Positions 9,027-18,187 of a DNA stretch of 64,000 nt are shown here, one piece after another. Each line of letters begins with the position of its first letter. Position 1 is the first letter of the stretch. Source of the DNA: Candidatus Palauibacter ramosifaciens (GTDB lineage Bacteria > Gemmatimonadota > Gemmatimonadetes > Palauibacterales > Palauibacteraceae); NCBI GenBank assembly GCA_009845855.1, contig VXYT01000101.1, positions 14,459 through 78,458 on the forward strand, in the 5' to 3' direction. Made by a program: the position numbers and the translations under genes. The notes below the pieces were generated by a model, which saw only the letters and a program-made list of their open reading frames with translations, searched no databases and was not told where the DNA came from.

Positions 9027-10864
9027 CAGTGCACCGAGCCTCACTTGTTCGGGGCGCGTGCCCCGTGGCCGTCTTCCGACTCGGCACACTCGCGGGCGGA
9101 CTCGCCGTCCTCGCGTACGCCTCGCCCGCGGAGGCGCAGACGCCCGGCTGTTGGGAGAGGCCTCTCGACGTCGCCGCGGTGACGCGTTCCATGGCCGAGG
9201 GTTGCGACGTGAACGTGCGGGGCTGGGGAGGGCGGACGCTTCTGCACACGATCGTCCGCGAGACCTGCAGTCCTCAATCCCTGGAACTTCTTCTCCGTGC
9301 GGAAGCTCCTCCGGACGTGCATGCCCAAGACGAATTGGGACGTTCGCCCCTGCATGAAGCCGCTTTCTGTAGCCCCGACGTTTCCTCGTTGCTTCTCGCA
9401 TTCGGGGCGGATCTGAACGCACGGGACGACGAGGGGGACACGCCTCTTCACGTCGCGGCGCAGCTCGGACCGACGGAAACCGTTCAGGCGCTGCTGGAGG
9501 CGGGTGCGGACGTGAACGGGCTGGATTTCCACAGGCGAACGGCGCTTCACGAGGGTGTCTATCGCGGGATCGAGATGATCCAGACCCTGCTTGCGGCCGG
9601 CGCGGATGTGAACGCCCGCAGCCGCGAAGGGAACGTTCCGCTTCATCTATCTCCCAACGCCGAGCCCGGCCACGCCTACGTCCCGCCGGAACTCGGCGAC
9701 TCGGAATTTACAACCGTCGTCGAGCGGCTGCTCGCGGCCGGTGCGGACCGCGACGCCCGAAACAACAGCGGAAGCACTCCGCTTCACACAACGGTCGGCT
9801 TGGCGTACATCGGGGCGGTCCGGCGACTCCTCGCGGCCGGTGCGGACCCGAATGCGCGCGACGAGTGGGGCCAGACGCCTCTGCACGACGCGGCCGCCAC
9901 CTTCAACGATGCGGACGCCGCGGACATGGTGCACTTGCTGGTGCAGTCCGGCGCGGACGTCAACGCGAGCGACGAGCGAGGCGGGACGGCCATTCACCAC
10001 GCGGTTTCGAGGGACAATCCCGATGTCCTCCGCGCACTCCTCGAGGCGGGTGGGGATCCTCTGGCCGTCAGCGAGCGCGGGAACACGGCACTGCACGAGG
10101 TCGGGGCGGCGGGCCATGTGCCGCTGCTCGTCGAGGCCGGTGTCGACGTGAACGCGCGCGGTGAACTCGGTCGGACAGCGCTGCACTACGTCGCCCTCTT
10201 GTCGTGGACCGAGGGTCCCGAAATTCTCGACGCGCTGCTGGAGGCGGGGGCCGACATCCACGCCACGGTTGACCGGGGCGAGACCGCGCTTCACCTCGCC
10301 GCCAGGCGTCGAGCCGGGCGCGACGTGGTCCGGCCTCTGATGGACGGGGGCGCCGACATCGCGGCACGCTACGGAAACGGACTGAGCGTCGTGCACGCAT
10401 GGGCGGAGGGAGTCCGGGATCCGGCGATGCTGGAACTGCTGCTGGGGGCCGGGGCGGACATCGCGGCCCAAACGGAATCGGCGGAGACCCCCCTTCACCA
10501 TCTCCTGTCGCAGTGGAATCGGTTGGATGCCGGTCCTCTCCGTGCCCTGATTGCGGCGGGCGTCGACGTAAACGCACGAGGTACCGGCGGACGGACCGCG
10601 CTTCACCTTGCAATGCGATGGGAGGACCCACGGATCGCCGCAGCCCTGGTCGATGCCGGAGCGGACGTGAACGCCGCAGACGAGCGGGGCGAGACGCCGC
10701 TGCATTATGCCGTGCGTCGTATGGCGCCCAGGGACGTTTTCGAAGTCCTTCTTGAAGCGGGCGCGGATCTGAACGCCAGGAATGATCGCAACGATTCGCC
10801 CTGTGAGGCCGACTACAATCGCCAGACGCGGGCGCACGTCGCGCAACTGCGAATCTGCCCGTGA
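9023..10864 (+). CDS. Secreted ankyrin repeat protein (longer paralogue)
   Basis: GTGA overlap with the previous stop; signal peptide (..AEA-Q); more than a dozen ankyrin repeats. Confidence 0.92.
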   Translation: MTVHRASLVRGACPVAVFRLGTLAGGLAVLAYASPAEAQTPGCWERPLDVAAVTRSMAEGCDVNVRGWGGRTLLHTIVRETCSPQSLELLLRAEAPPDVHAQDELGRSPLHEAAFCSPDVSSLLLAFGADLNARDDEGDTPLHVAAQLGPTETVQALLEAGADVNGLDFHRRTALHEGVYRGIEMIQTLLAAGADVNARSREGNVPLHLSPNAEPGHAYVPPELGDSEFTTVVERLLAAGADRDARNNSGSTPLHTTVGLAYIGAVRRLLAAGADPNARDEWGQTPLHDAAATFNDADAADMVHLLVQSGADVNASDERGGTAIHHAVSRDNPDVLRALLEAGGDPLAVSERGNTALHEVGAAGHVPLLVEAGVDVNARGELGRTALHYVALLSWTEGPEILDALLEAGADIHATVDRGETALHLAARRRAGRDVVRPLMDGGADIAARYGNGLSVVHAWAEGVRDPAMLELLLGAGADIAAQTESAETPLHHLLSQWNRLDAGPLRALIAAGVDVNARGTGGRTALHLAMRWEDPRIAAALVDAGADVNAADERGETPLHYAVRRMAPRDVFEVLLEAGADLNARNDRNDSPCEADYNRQTRAHVAQLRICP

Positions 10865-10964
10865 CGACCCTCGGCAGGTTGAGGTGCGGCTAGTTGCCGG
10901 CCAACGGCCCGGTTCGCCGCCGGGAGCTTGCGCCGTAACGCGGCTTCCCCACAGATTGTTATAC

Positions 10965-11198
10965 ATGCGTAAAACAATCCTGGCGGTGCGATTGGAGGAG
11001 GAGCTGCGGGAGGCGGTCAACCGCCGTGCCGTCGCGGAGGGGACGACGGTGTCGGGCTTCGTACGGGAGACGCTCCGCGAGGCGGTAGCGGATCGGCCGA
11101 TCGGCGACCGGATCCGTCACCTCAAGGGGACCGTCCGCCTGGAATCCGCTGACGACGCGTGGCGCGTTTCGCTTCGGAGTCGTAACTGGCGCCGCTGA
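10965..11198 (+). CDS. CopG/ribbon-helix-helix antitoxin (VapB-like)
   Basis: MRKTILAVRLEEELREAVNRRAVAEGTTVSGFVRETL RHH pattern; directly upstream of a PIN gene. Confidence 0.8.
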   Translation: MRKTILAVRLEEELREAVNRRAVAEGTTVSGFVRETLREAVADRPIGDRIRHLKGTVRLESADDAWRVSLRSRNWRR

Positions 11199-11629
11199 CC
11201 GAATGGCTCGTGGATACGGGCCCGATCGTCGCCTATCTGGATCCGGACGACCCGGCGCACCCGGAGGTCGGGGCCGCTCTCGACCGCTTCCGGGGCGTGC
11301 TCCACACGACGGGCGCCGTCGTGACGGAGGCCATGCACTTACTCGCCCGGGCTCGCCGCGGCCCATCGGCTCTCGCGGACTTCGTCAGGTCCAGCGACAT
11401 GCGCGTCCACGACGCATGCCAGCCTTCCGGGATCATGAACGCCGCGCTCCTGATGGATCGCTATGCCGACACGCCGATGGACTTCGCCGACGCCACGCTC
11501 GTCCTGCTCACGCAGCGACTCGACGTGCATGAGGTCCTGACACTCGACCGGCGAGGGTTCCGCACCTACCGCACGGATGACGGCCAACCCTTCCAACTCA
11601 TCCTGGATCAGACCGGAGCCGCGCCATGA
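11195..11629 (+). CDS. PIN domain toxin (VapC family)
   Basis: LVDTGPIVA, VVTEA, MDFADATLV, LTLDRRGF. Probable start is CTG at 11195 (track uses GTG at 11210). Confidence 0.88.
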   Translation: MTEWLVDTGPIVAYLDPDDPAHPEVGAALDRFRGVLHTTGAVVTEAMHLLARARRGPSALADFVRSSDMRVHDACQPSGIMNAALLMDRYADTPMDFADATLVLLTQRLDVHEVLTLDRRGFRTYRTDDGQPFQLILDQTGAAP

Positions 11630-11829
11630 TCGAGTACCGGGGATACACCGGCATCTTCGAATACGACGAAGAGTACGAGTTTTTTTCGGGTCACATCATC
11701 GACACGCGAGACGGAATCAACTTCGAGGGCAGGACGGTAGCGGAGCTGAAGGAGTCTATGCGACACGCGGTCGACGACTACCTCGAATTCTGTGAGGAGA
11801 AGGGGAGAGAATCTCCTGGATGTGGGTAA
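11626..11829 (+). CDS. HicB-family antitoxin, N-terminal domain only (possibly truncated; no hicA adjacent)
   Basis: MIEYRGYTG..EYD....FSGHI...DGINFEG.TV.ELK...AVDDYLEFCEEKG; the C-terminal DNA-binding domain is absent. Confidence 0.75.
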   Translation: MIEYRGYTGIFEYDEEYEFFSGHIIDTRDGINFEGRTVAELKESMRHAVDDYLEFCEEKGRESPGCG

Positions 11830-11852
11830 AAATGCGGTCGTTTTACCCACAT
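11820..11852. repeat. Perfect 12-bp inverted repeat with 9-bp spacer
   Basis: ATGTGGGTAAAA-atgcggtcg-TTTTACCCACAT. Confidence 0.85.
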
Positions 11853-12011
11853 GTACGCGAGAATGTTGTTTCTACGCCTACGCTCGCGATGTTCCGGGTA
11901 CCGGGGTGGAACGGGCTGCGGGTCGAGCCGTGCGGGCTGTCGACCTTGGTTACGGTGCCGTTGACGGCTTAGGTTGACTTGGACGGTAGCACACAACGTC
12001 AGGAGAAACCG

Positions 12012-12269
12012 ATGCTCACGATGGACATGCTCCCTCGGGTCATCCCGGACTTTTTTTGCGAAACCGTGGATGAGGCGCTTGCCGAAGTCGTTCGTAGGCA
12101 GGCGTCGCTGGACCCGGAGAGCGCGATCACACGCTTCGACGAATCGCCCTACCGCGGGTACATCGTCTACAGCGTTTCAGCGGAAGCGTTTGCCGCCGTC
12201 CTTGACGACGCGACGCTGGCGCCGTCACCGGACGAGTTGCTACGGCCGCCAAGGTATGTCCATCGATGA
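12012..12269 (+). CDS. Small hypothetical protein
   Basis: ATG after AGGAGA; ATGA coupling to the next gene; lower GC than flanks. Confidence 0.6.
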   Translation: MLTMDMLPRVIPDFFCETVDEALAEVVRRQASLDPESAITRFDESPYRGYIVYSVSAEAFAAVLDDATLAPSPDELLRPPRYVHR

Positions 12270-12682
12270 GTGAAACGACCGGTCGAGAAATCGCGCAGCG
12301 CCAAGACGACTCAAGACAAATGGAACTGTGGGCCGAATTCCGCGCCGTCGAGCAAGAACGCATAGCAAGTGCTGACCGCCGCACGGAAGTGCTGCGCGAG
12401 GGAATCGCCTTGGCCCACGAAACCCAGCGGCAGCAACTCGAATTCCACAAAGAGCGGATCCGACGTGACGACGAGCACCGCACTCGTCGCTGGACTTCTA
12501 GGACCAGGATGGCGTGGGTGGGGATAGCTGCCGGGCTGGCAGTCTTCGCGGTATTGCTCTGGGCAGTGTTCCTGGGCGACGAGGGGCAGCGCGACACTGC
12601 AGTCGTGCTGCTGAGCCACGCACTCTCCGGCGGCGCCTTCCTAGGTCTCGGCTACTACCTGGGACACCGCTCTCCAGGTTAG
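12266..12682 (+). CDS. Hypothetical coiled-coil + two-TM membrane protein
   Basis: Charged helical N-half, then MAWVGIAAGLAVFAVLLWAVFL and AVVLLSHALSGGAFLGLGYYLG. Confidence 0.7.
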   Translation: MSETTGREIAQRQDDSRQMELWAEFRAVEQERIASADRRTEVLREGIALAHETQRQQLEFHKERIRRDDEHRTRRWTSRTRMAWVGIAAGLAVFAVLLWAVFLGDEGQRDTAVVLLSHALSGGAFLGLGYYLGHRSPG

Positions 12683-12898
12683 GCCGTTTCACGGTCGAGC
12701 GGTTGTCCCCCTCCGTCGCCTCGCTTCCCCCCTTGTGCGGCTCCCATGCGTTGACGATCAACGCCGGGCTATCAACCTCAGCGGAAACGCTTGTCGAGTT
12801 GGGAGAGGATCCAGCCAGCTATGCCAGGTACGACGAAATCTGTTCGTTCAAGAGGCATCTAACGTAACAGAACAAATCCCGTTCAAACGGGTCGCTCA

Positions 12899-15800
12899 TC
12901 AGGGCTGGAAGGCGGTTTCGGCGAGGATCTCGTCGAGGCCCGAGACCAGGAGGTCGGCGTCGGCTTCGGAGAAGACGAGCGGGGGCTTCATCTTGATCAC
13001 GTTGTGGTCCGGGCCGTCCGTGCTGAGGAGGAGCCCCTGGTCGCGCATGCGTTGGACGGCGGCGTCGGCGAGATCGGCGGCCGGTTCGAGATCGTCTCCC
13101 TCCCGCACGAACTCGATGCCGGTGAACAGGCCGCGGCCGCGGGCATCGCCCACCGGGGCGTGACGGTCGCGGAGGCCTTCCAGGCCGGCGAGCAGGCGCC
13201 TGCCGACGATGGCGGCGTTCTCCCGCAGTCCCTCTTCCTCGATCACGTCCAGGACGGCGAGGCCGATGGCGCAGGCGACGGGGTTCCCGCCGTAGGTGTT
13301 GAAGTACTCCATCCCGTTGGCGAAGGACTCGGCGATCTCGCGCGTCGTGATGACCGCGGCGAGCGGGTGGCCGTTCCCGATCGGCTTGCCGAGGGTGACG
13401 ATGTCGGGGACGACGCCGTGCTCCTCGAAGGCCCAGAAGTGCGACCCCACGCGGCCGAAGCCGACCTGCACCTCGTCGGCCACGCACAGGGCGCCGTGCT
13501 CGCGGGCCGCCGCGTAGGAAGCCGCGAGGTATCCGGCCGGGAGCGGGATCTGGCCGCCGCAACTGAGGATCGACTCGTGGAAGAAGGCGGCCGCGCCGGG
13601 CGGGCGGTCCTCGAACCAGGTGGGCTCCGTCTCGAGCGCCCGCGCCGCCTCGCCGACGTGGGCCGCGTACAGGGGCGCCGCCTCCCGTTCCGGCCCGCGG
13701 TGGATGCCCCGAAACAGGTCCGGCATCGGCGCCATGCGGACCCAGGGCCGGAGCCCTTTCCCGCCGGGGCCGTTGAACTTGTAGGGGCTCAGGTTGACGA
13801 CCGAACTCGAGTTCCCGTGGTAGGCCCCGTCGAGGACGACCGCGCCCACCTTGCCCGTGTGCGTGCGCGCCATGCGCAGGGCGAGTTCGTTGGCCTCCGT
13901 GCCGGAGCATACGAGGAAGCACACGTCGAGGGGCGACGGGAAGAGCGCCGTCAGCCGCTCCGTGTACTCGAGGATGGTCTCGTGCAGGTAGCGCGTGTTC
14001 GTGTTGAGTGCGGCCATCTGGCGGCGCGCCGCCTCGTTCACGCGCGGGTGCGAATGTCCCACGTGGGCGACGTTGTTCACGCAATCGAGGAAGGGCTGGC
14101 CGTCGATGTCGTAGAGCCGGGCGCCCCGGCCCCGCACGATGTGGAGGGGTCGCCGGTAGGAGAGGCTCAGCGAAGGGCCGAGCTGGCGGTTCCGGTCTTC
14201 GACCAGGGCGGCGTGGCCGCGAGGCCGTGGCGCCGCGGACTCGCCCGGGAGTCGGAGCAGGTGGCTCGGGTCGGGGCTCACCGCCGCCCAGACATCGCGG
14301 GCGCTCGGGGTGGCAACGCCCGGGAAGGTGCCGTCGTAACCAAGGGGATCGAGGAGGATCTGGAAGTGAAGGTGCGGGGCCCAGTCGCCGTTGTCCGGCG
14401 GGCCCCCGACCCAGCCGATCGTCCGGCCCGCCTCCACGACCTCGCCGGGCGCGAAGTTCGGTAAGGATTCGGGCGACAGGTGCCCGAACAGCGTCCGAAA
14501 TCGGACGGGTTCCTCCTCCTCCGCCTCGCCGGCCGGGTTCTCCAGGACGTGCTCCAGGTCGTGCTCCAGGATGATGGTGGGGCCGTAGTCGAGGCGGTCG
14601 GCGTTGTCGCGCACGGACACGACGCGACCCCCGAGCGGCGCGAGGACGGGCGTTCCCGGCTCCGCGAACAGGTCGACTCCGAGGTGAACGGTCCGCCACT
14701 CGTCCATCTCGTTCCCCGGCGCGCGGAAGGCTTCGCCCGTGTACCACCAGCGCACCTCGTCGTAGCGGCCGATGCCGACGGCCGCGCCCGCGTCCCGCAT
14801 CCGGTCGAACAGCCGCTGCGAGAACTTCGAGTGATCCGTGGGATCGAAGCTTCCGCCGTCGTCCCCCGACTCCACGCTCAGGTCGAGTGTGACGGTGGGC
14901 GCGGTGCGGGGGTCCGGATCGAGCACGGGCGCGGCGCTCGGGGCCGCGCGTTCGAGCGCCCGGATGACGCGGGCCGTCGAGGGACACGGCACGTGCCCGC
15001 AGGCCTCCCGCAGCCGGTAACGTCCAAGGTTCGGCGGCGTCGCGTCCAGCCGCTCGAGCACCTCCCACGCGGGCGCTTGGCTCACGAGCAGGTACGCGTT
15101 GTCCGGCTCCTGGGCGCCGCGCACGGACGAGATGGTCACGCTCAGGGCGAGCCGCAGCCGCGCGAGTTCGTAGAGGACATCGGCTTCCGCCTCCATGACC
15201 TCGTGCTCCGGTGCGTACCCCCGCGCCACATCGCAGAAGGCGGCCACCGGATCGCGCGTCCCGAACCCGGCGTAGGCACAGGCCACGGCGAGGTTCGCCA
15301 CCGTCCACGAACGGACCGTGTCGCCGAAGTCCACGATCCCGACGAGGTGGGGCGCCCCGGCCTTCATCCGCCCCGGATCGACATGGATGTTGGCCGGGTT
15401 CGCATCGTTGTAGATCAGGCTCTCGCGCAACTCGCCCGCCCGCGGCCGCACGACCGCCGCGTGCCGCTCGAGGACTCGGGCCACGACTTCGCGCCGTCCC
15501 GGCTCCCGGATCGCGTCCAGGTTCTCTCCGATGAGCGAGGCGGCCCGGCGCAGGTCCCAGATCATCGGGCGGTCCGCGCCCGCCAGTTGCGACGAAGAAC
15601 GATCGACGATCCCGGCGAGGCGGCCGATCTGCCGGCGCAGTTCGGGTCCGTGCGGCCGGAAACGGTCCAGCGGAATCCCCGGGACCGGTTCCAGGAAGCG
15701 GGCGAAGTGGGTGCGCCCGCCGATCGCGTGTTCGACGAGACCCCCGCCCGCCGGTGTGTCCGCGCGGGCCTCCGCGTCCCCGCCCTTCCCGGCGGGGCGC

Positions 15801-16117
15801 CAGTGCGGAAGCGCGAAGCAGGCCTGGGACTCCGAAAGAGCCGCCAGCATGGCCGCTTCCTCCTCGAGGACCGCGCGGTCTTCGAGCAGGTTCGAGACCT
15901 TCAGGTATCCGCGGACCCCGGAGCCGCCGGAAGTCTCGCGAGCGGTCGCATCCGACGAGATCTCGAACACCCGGTCGCGCTCGCTGGCGCACTCGCGGGC
16001 CTGCCCGCGCACGCCCCAGACGTCCCGGACGAGTCCGGTCGCTTCTCCCTCCGAGAGCGAAGGCCTCCCGGCCGCATAGCCGGCGTCGAGCGTTTCCATG
16101 ATGGGCGAAGCTCCCAC
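12899..16117 (-). CDS. Fusion: APH/hydroxylysine-kinase-like + M23 peptidase + class III aminotransferase (phospho-lyase-like)
   Basis: [16 protein letters not shown] (kinase); HLGVD and PHLHFQ (M23); [22 protein letters not shown] (class III). Start may be 16099. Confidence 0.9.
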   Translation of the reverse strand: MGASPIMETLDAGYAAGRPSLSEGEATGLVRDVWGVRGQARECASERDRVFEISSDATARETSGGSGVRGYLKVSNLLEDRAVLEEEAAMLAALSESQACFALPHWRPAGKGGDAEARADTPAGGGLVEHAIGGRTHFARFLEPVPGIPLDRFRPHGPELRRQIGRLAGIVDRSSSQLAGADRPMIWDLRRAASLIGENLDAIREPGRREVVARVLERHAAVVRPRAGELRESLIYNDANPANIHVDPGRMKAGAPHLVGIVDFGDTVRSWTVANLAVACAYAGFGTRDPVAAFCDVARGYAPEHEVMEAEADVLYELARLRLALSVTISSVRGAQEPDNAYLLVSQAPAWEVLERLDATPPNLGRYRLREACGHVPCPSTARVIRALERAAPSAAPVLDPDPRTAPTVTLDLSVESGDDGGSFDPTDHSKFSQRLFDRMRDAGAAVGIGRYDEVRWWYTGEAFRAPGNEMDEWRTVHLGVDLFAEPGTPVLAPLGGRVVSVRDNADRLDYGPTIILEHDLEHVLENPAGEAEEEEPVRFRTLFGHLSPESLPNFAPGEVVEAGRTIGWVGGPPDNGDWAPHLHFQILLDPLGYDGTFPGVATPSARDVWAAVSPDPSHLLRLPGESAAPRPRGHAALVEDRNRQLGPSLSLSYRRPLHIVRGRGARLYDIDGQPFLDCVNNVAHVGHSHPRVNEAARRQMAALNTNTRYLHETILEYTERLTALFPSPLDVCFLVCSGTEANELALRMARTHTGKVGAVVLDGAYHGNSSSVVNLSPYKFNGPGGKGLRPWVRMAPMPDLFRGIHRGPEREAAPLYAAHVGEAARALETEPTWFEDRPPGAAAFFHESILSCGGQIPLPAGYLAASYAAAREHGALCVADEVQVGFGRVGSHFWAFEEHGVVPDIVTLGKPIGNGHPLAAVITTREIAESFANGMEYFNTYGGNPVACAIGLAVLDVIEEEGLRENAAIVGRRLLAGLEGLRDRHAPVGDARGRGLFTGIEFVREGDDLEPAADLADAAVQRMRDQGLLLSTDGPDHNVIKMKPPLVFSEADADLLVSGLDEILAETAFQP

Positions 16118-16243
16118 CCGCCAAAGGTCGGGTCAACCACGCCGGCAATTGGCGGTTATTGCCGCCCGCGCCGGTCGAAACGAGCTTTCGATCCCGGTTC
16201 GATCGCCTGGTCGCATGATCGCTTAGTCACATGGAGGAGAATC

Positions 16244-18187
16244 ATGTCGCTCCGCTCAGGGCTTCTCGCTTCCATCTTCGCCGCCGGCGTCGCGACCGCC
16301 GGCCGGCCCGCCCTCGACGCTCAGGAGCGGGTGTACGCGGTCGCTTCGCCGGCTGAACTGGAACTCGAAGTCGGGGCGTCCTTCCAGCTCGCGGCGGAGA
16401 TCCAGGGAGCCGCGGAGGAAGGCGCCGCCTCGGAGGTGCGCTGGTTCGCGGCCGACGATGGCGTGACGGTGACGCCCGAGGGTGTGGTGACGGCGGCGCG
16501 GCCGGGCGAGTTCCGCGTGGCAGCGATGTTCCGCGGCCAGCCGAGTTGGGTGACGATCCGCGTGCCGCGGCTCGAGCCCGCCCGCATCGAGGCCCGCGTC
16601 GCCGGTCCCGTCTACGCGGGCGCCACCGCGGCTCTTCATCTCGAGGCCTACACGGAACCCGGCAGCGCGGTGGACGATGCCAAGTTCGCGTTTGCCTCCG
16701 CCGACGCGGCTGTTGCGACGGTAGATGCGGCCGGACGCGTGCTCGGCCACGGGCCGGGACAGACCGTCATCACCGTCTCTGCGGGAGACGCCTCCGCCCG
16801 GGTCGACGTGACCGTCGAGCCGAACGCGGCGGAGGAATACGAACTGGCGGCGTCCGGGGATGTGAACTCGCTTTCGACAGGAGATGTCGCGGCCTTCCGG
16901 CTGGTGGGCCGCGGCGCCGGGGGCGGCGAGATCCCGCTCGCGCCGCTGTGGAGCGTGACCCCGAGCGGCGCCAGCGTCGAACCTGTCGATGGACGCGGAC
17001 TCTTCGTGGCGGAGGAGCCGGGCACGTACCTCGTGACCGCGATCGCGGGCCCGGCCATCGCCCGGACCGTTTCCGTGCGGGTCGGACCCCGCCGCCACAC
17101 CGCCCGCCTCGAACTCGTGGGAAGCGGGATCACGTCCACGCACCGGGCCGGCGACACCTGGGTGTTCGAGGGCGTCGACGGACGCGACTACGCCTATCTC
17201 GGCACCTTCTACCACGACTGGATGAAGGTGTGGGACGTGACGGACCCGGCGCAGCCCGTCCTCACGGACTCGATCCAGCTCGATGCCCGGCGCATCAACG
17301 ACGTGAAGATCCACCCCGACAACCGCCTCGGGATCGTCACGCGCGAAGGAGCGTCCAGCCGAAGGAACGGGATCGTCCTCCTCGACCTCTCGAATCCCGC
17401 CCATCCGGAGATCCTCTCCGAGTACACGGACACGGTGACGGGGGGCGTACACAACGTCTGGATCCTGGGGGACGAGGATCTCGTCTACGCCTGCCACAAC
17501 GGGACGAGCGAGCTCGTCATCCTCGACATTTCGGATCCGGCGAACCCGCGCGAGATCAACCGCTGGGCGCACGACGAACCGGTTCGCAGCCTCCATGACG
17601 TGATCGTCCAGGACGGCTACGCCTACGCGTCGTTCTGGAACGAGGGCATCTACATCCTCGACGCGGGGGCGGGCACGCACGGGGGCACTGCCCGCGATCC
17701 GAAGCTCGTCTCGCGGTGGGTGTCGGGGCAGGGGAACACGCACGTCGCCTGGCGTCACGGGAAATACCTGTTCGTGGCCGCCGAGATCTACCCGTCCGAC
17801 TGGGATCCGAACGCGCTCGGCCCCATCGAGGCGCGGGGCTACGTGGAGGTCCTGGACATGACCGACATGGATGAGCCGGTGAAGGTCGCCCACTACACCG
17901 TGCCGGAAGCCGGGGCGCACAACCTGTGGAGCGACGACCGCGACCGGCTCTACGTCGGCTACTACCAGGCGGGCCTGCGGGTACTGGACATCTCCGGCGA
18001 ACTGCGCGGCGACCTCTACCGCCAGGGCCGCGAGATCGGAGCGATCAAGACGTCATCGCCGGACGCCGCGGTGCCGAACTGGTCGATGACGTGGGGCGCC
18101 CAACTGTTCAAGGGCCGGATCTTCACCTCCGACCTCCACTCCGGCCTGTGGATCGCCCGCCTTGTCGAAGAGGAACTCGTCCCATGA
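16244..18187 (+). CDS. Secreted Ig-like domain + LVIVD repeat beta-propeller protein
   Basis: ATG after GGAGGA; signal peptide; VTVTPEGVVTA Ig-like repeats; VWDVTDPAQP, LLDLSNPAHP, ILDISDPANP; HN/HD motifs. The track ORF is over-extended to 14480. Confidence 0.85.
   Translation: MSLRSGLLASIFAAGVATAGRPALDAQERVYAVASPAELELEVGASFQLAAEIQGAAEEGAASEVRWFAADDGVTVTPEGVVTAARPGEFRVAAMFRGQPSWVTIRVPRLEPARIEARVAGPVYAGATAALHLEAYTEPGSAVDDAKFAFASADAAVATVDAAGRVLGHGPGQTVITVSAGDASARVDVTVEPNAAEEYELAASGDVNSLSTGDVAAFRLVGRGAGGGEIPLAPLWSVTPSGASVEPVDGRGLFVAEEPGTYLVTAIAGPAIARTVSVRVGPRRHTARLELVGSGITSTHRAGDTWVFEGVDGRDYAYLGTFYHDWMKVWDVTDPAQPVLTDSIQLDARRINDVKIHPDNRLGIVTREGASSRRNGIVLLDLSNPAHPEILSEYTDTVTGGVHNVWILGDEDLVYACHNGTSELVILDISDPANPREINRWAHDEPVRSLHDVIVQDGYAYASFWNEGIYILDAGAGTHGGTARDPKLVSRWVSGQGNTHVAWRHGKYLFVAAEIYPSDWDPNALGPIEARGYVEVLDMTDMDEPVKVAHYTVPEAGAHNLWSDDRDRLYVGYYQAGLRVLDISGELRGDLYRQGREIGAIKTSSPDAAVPNWSMTWGAQLFKGRIFTSDLHSGLWIARLVEEELVP

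Noticed and set aside
12678-12895. Integron attC-like cores (GTTAGGC, ATCTAAC) and a XerD-like arm (TTACGTTAGAT on minus)
   Set aside because: The cores are in the wrong order for attC with no pairing between them; no XerC arm at the right spacing; no integrase in the window.
12819-16148. 1109-aa minus-strand ORF and similar very long ORFs (28075..31395, 31741..34410, 44519..47815, 47848..50142, 51270..54191)
   Set aside because: Arg/Pro/Gly-rich or antisense shadows of well-supported genes; expected in high-GC DNA with few stop codons.
14480-16243. Apparent N-terminal half of a 1235-aa protein
   Set aside because: Antisense to the aminotransferase fusion; the real gene starts at 16244 after GGAGGA with a signal peptide.
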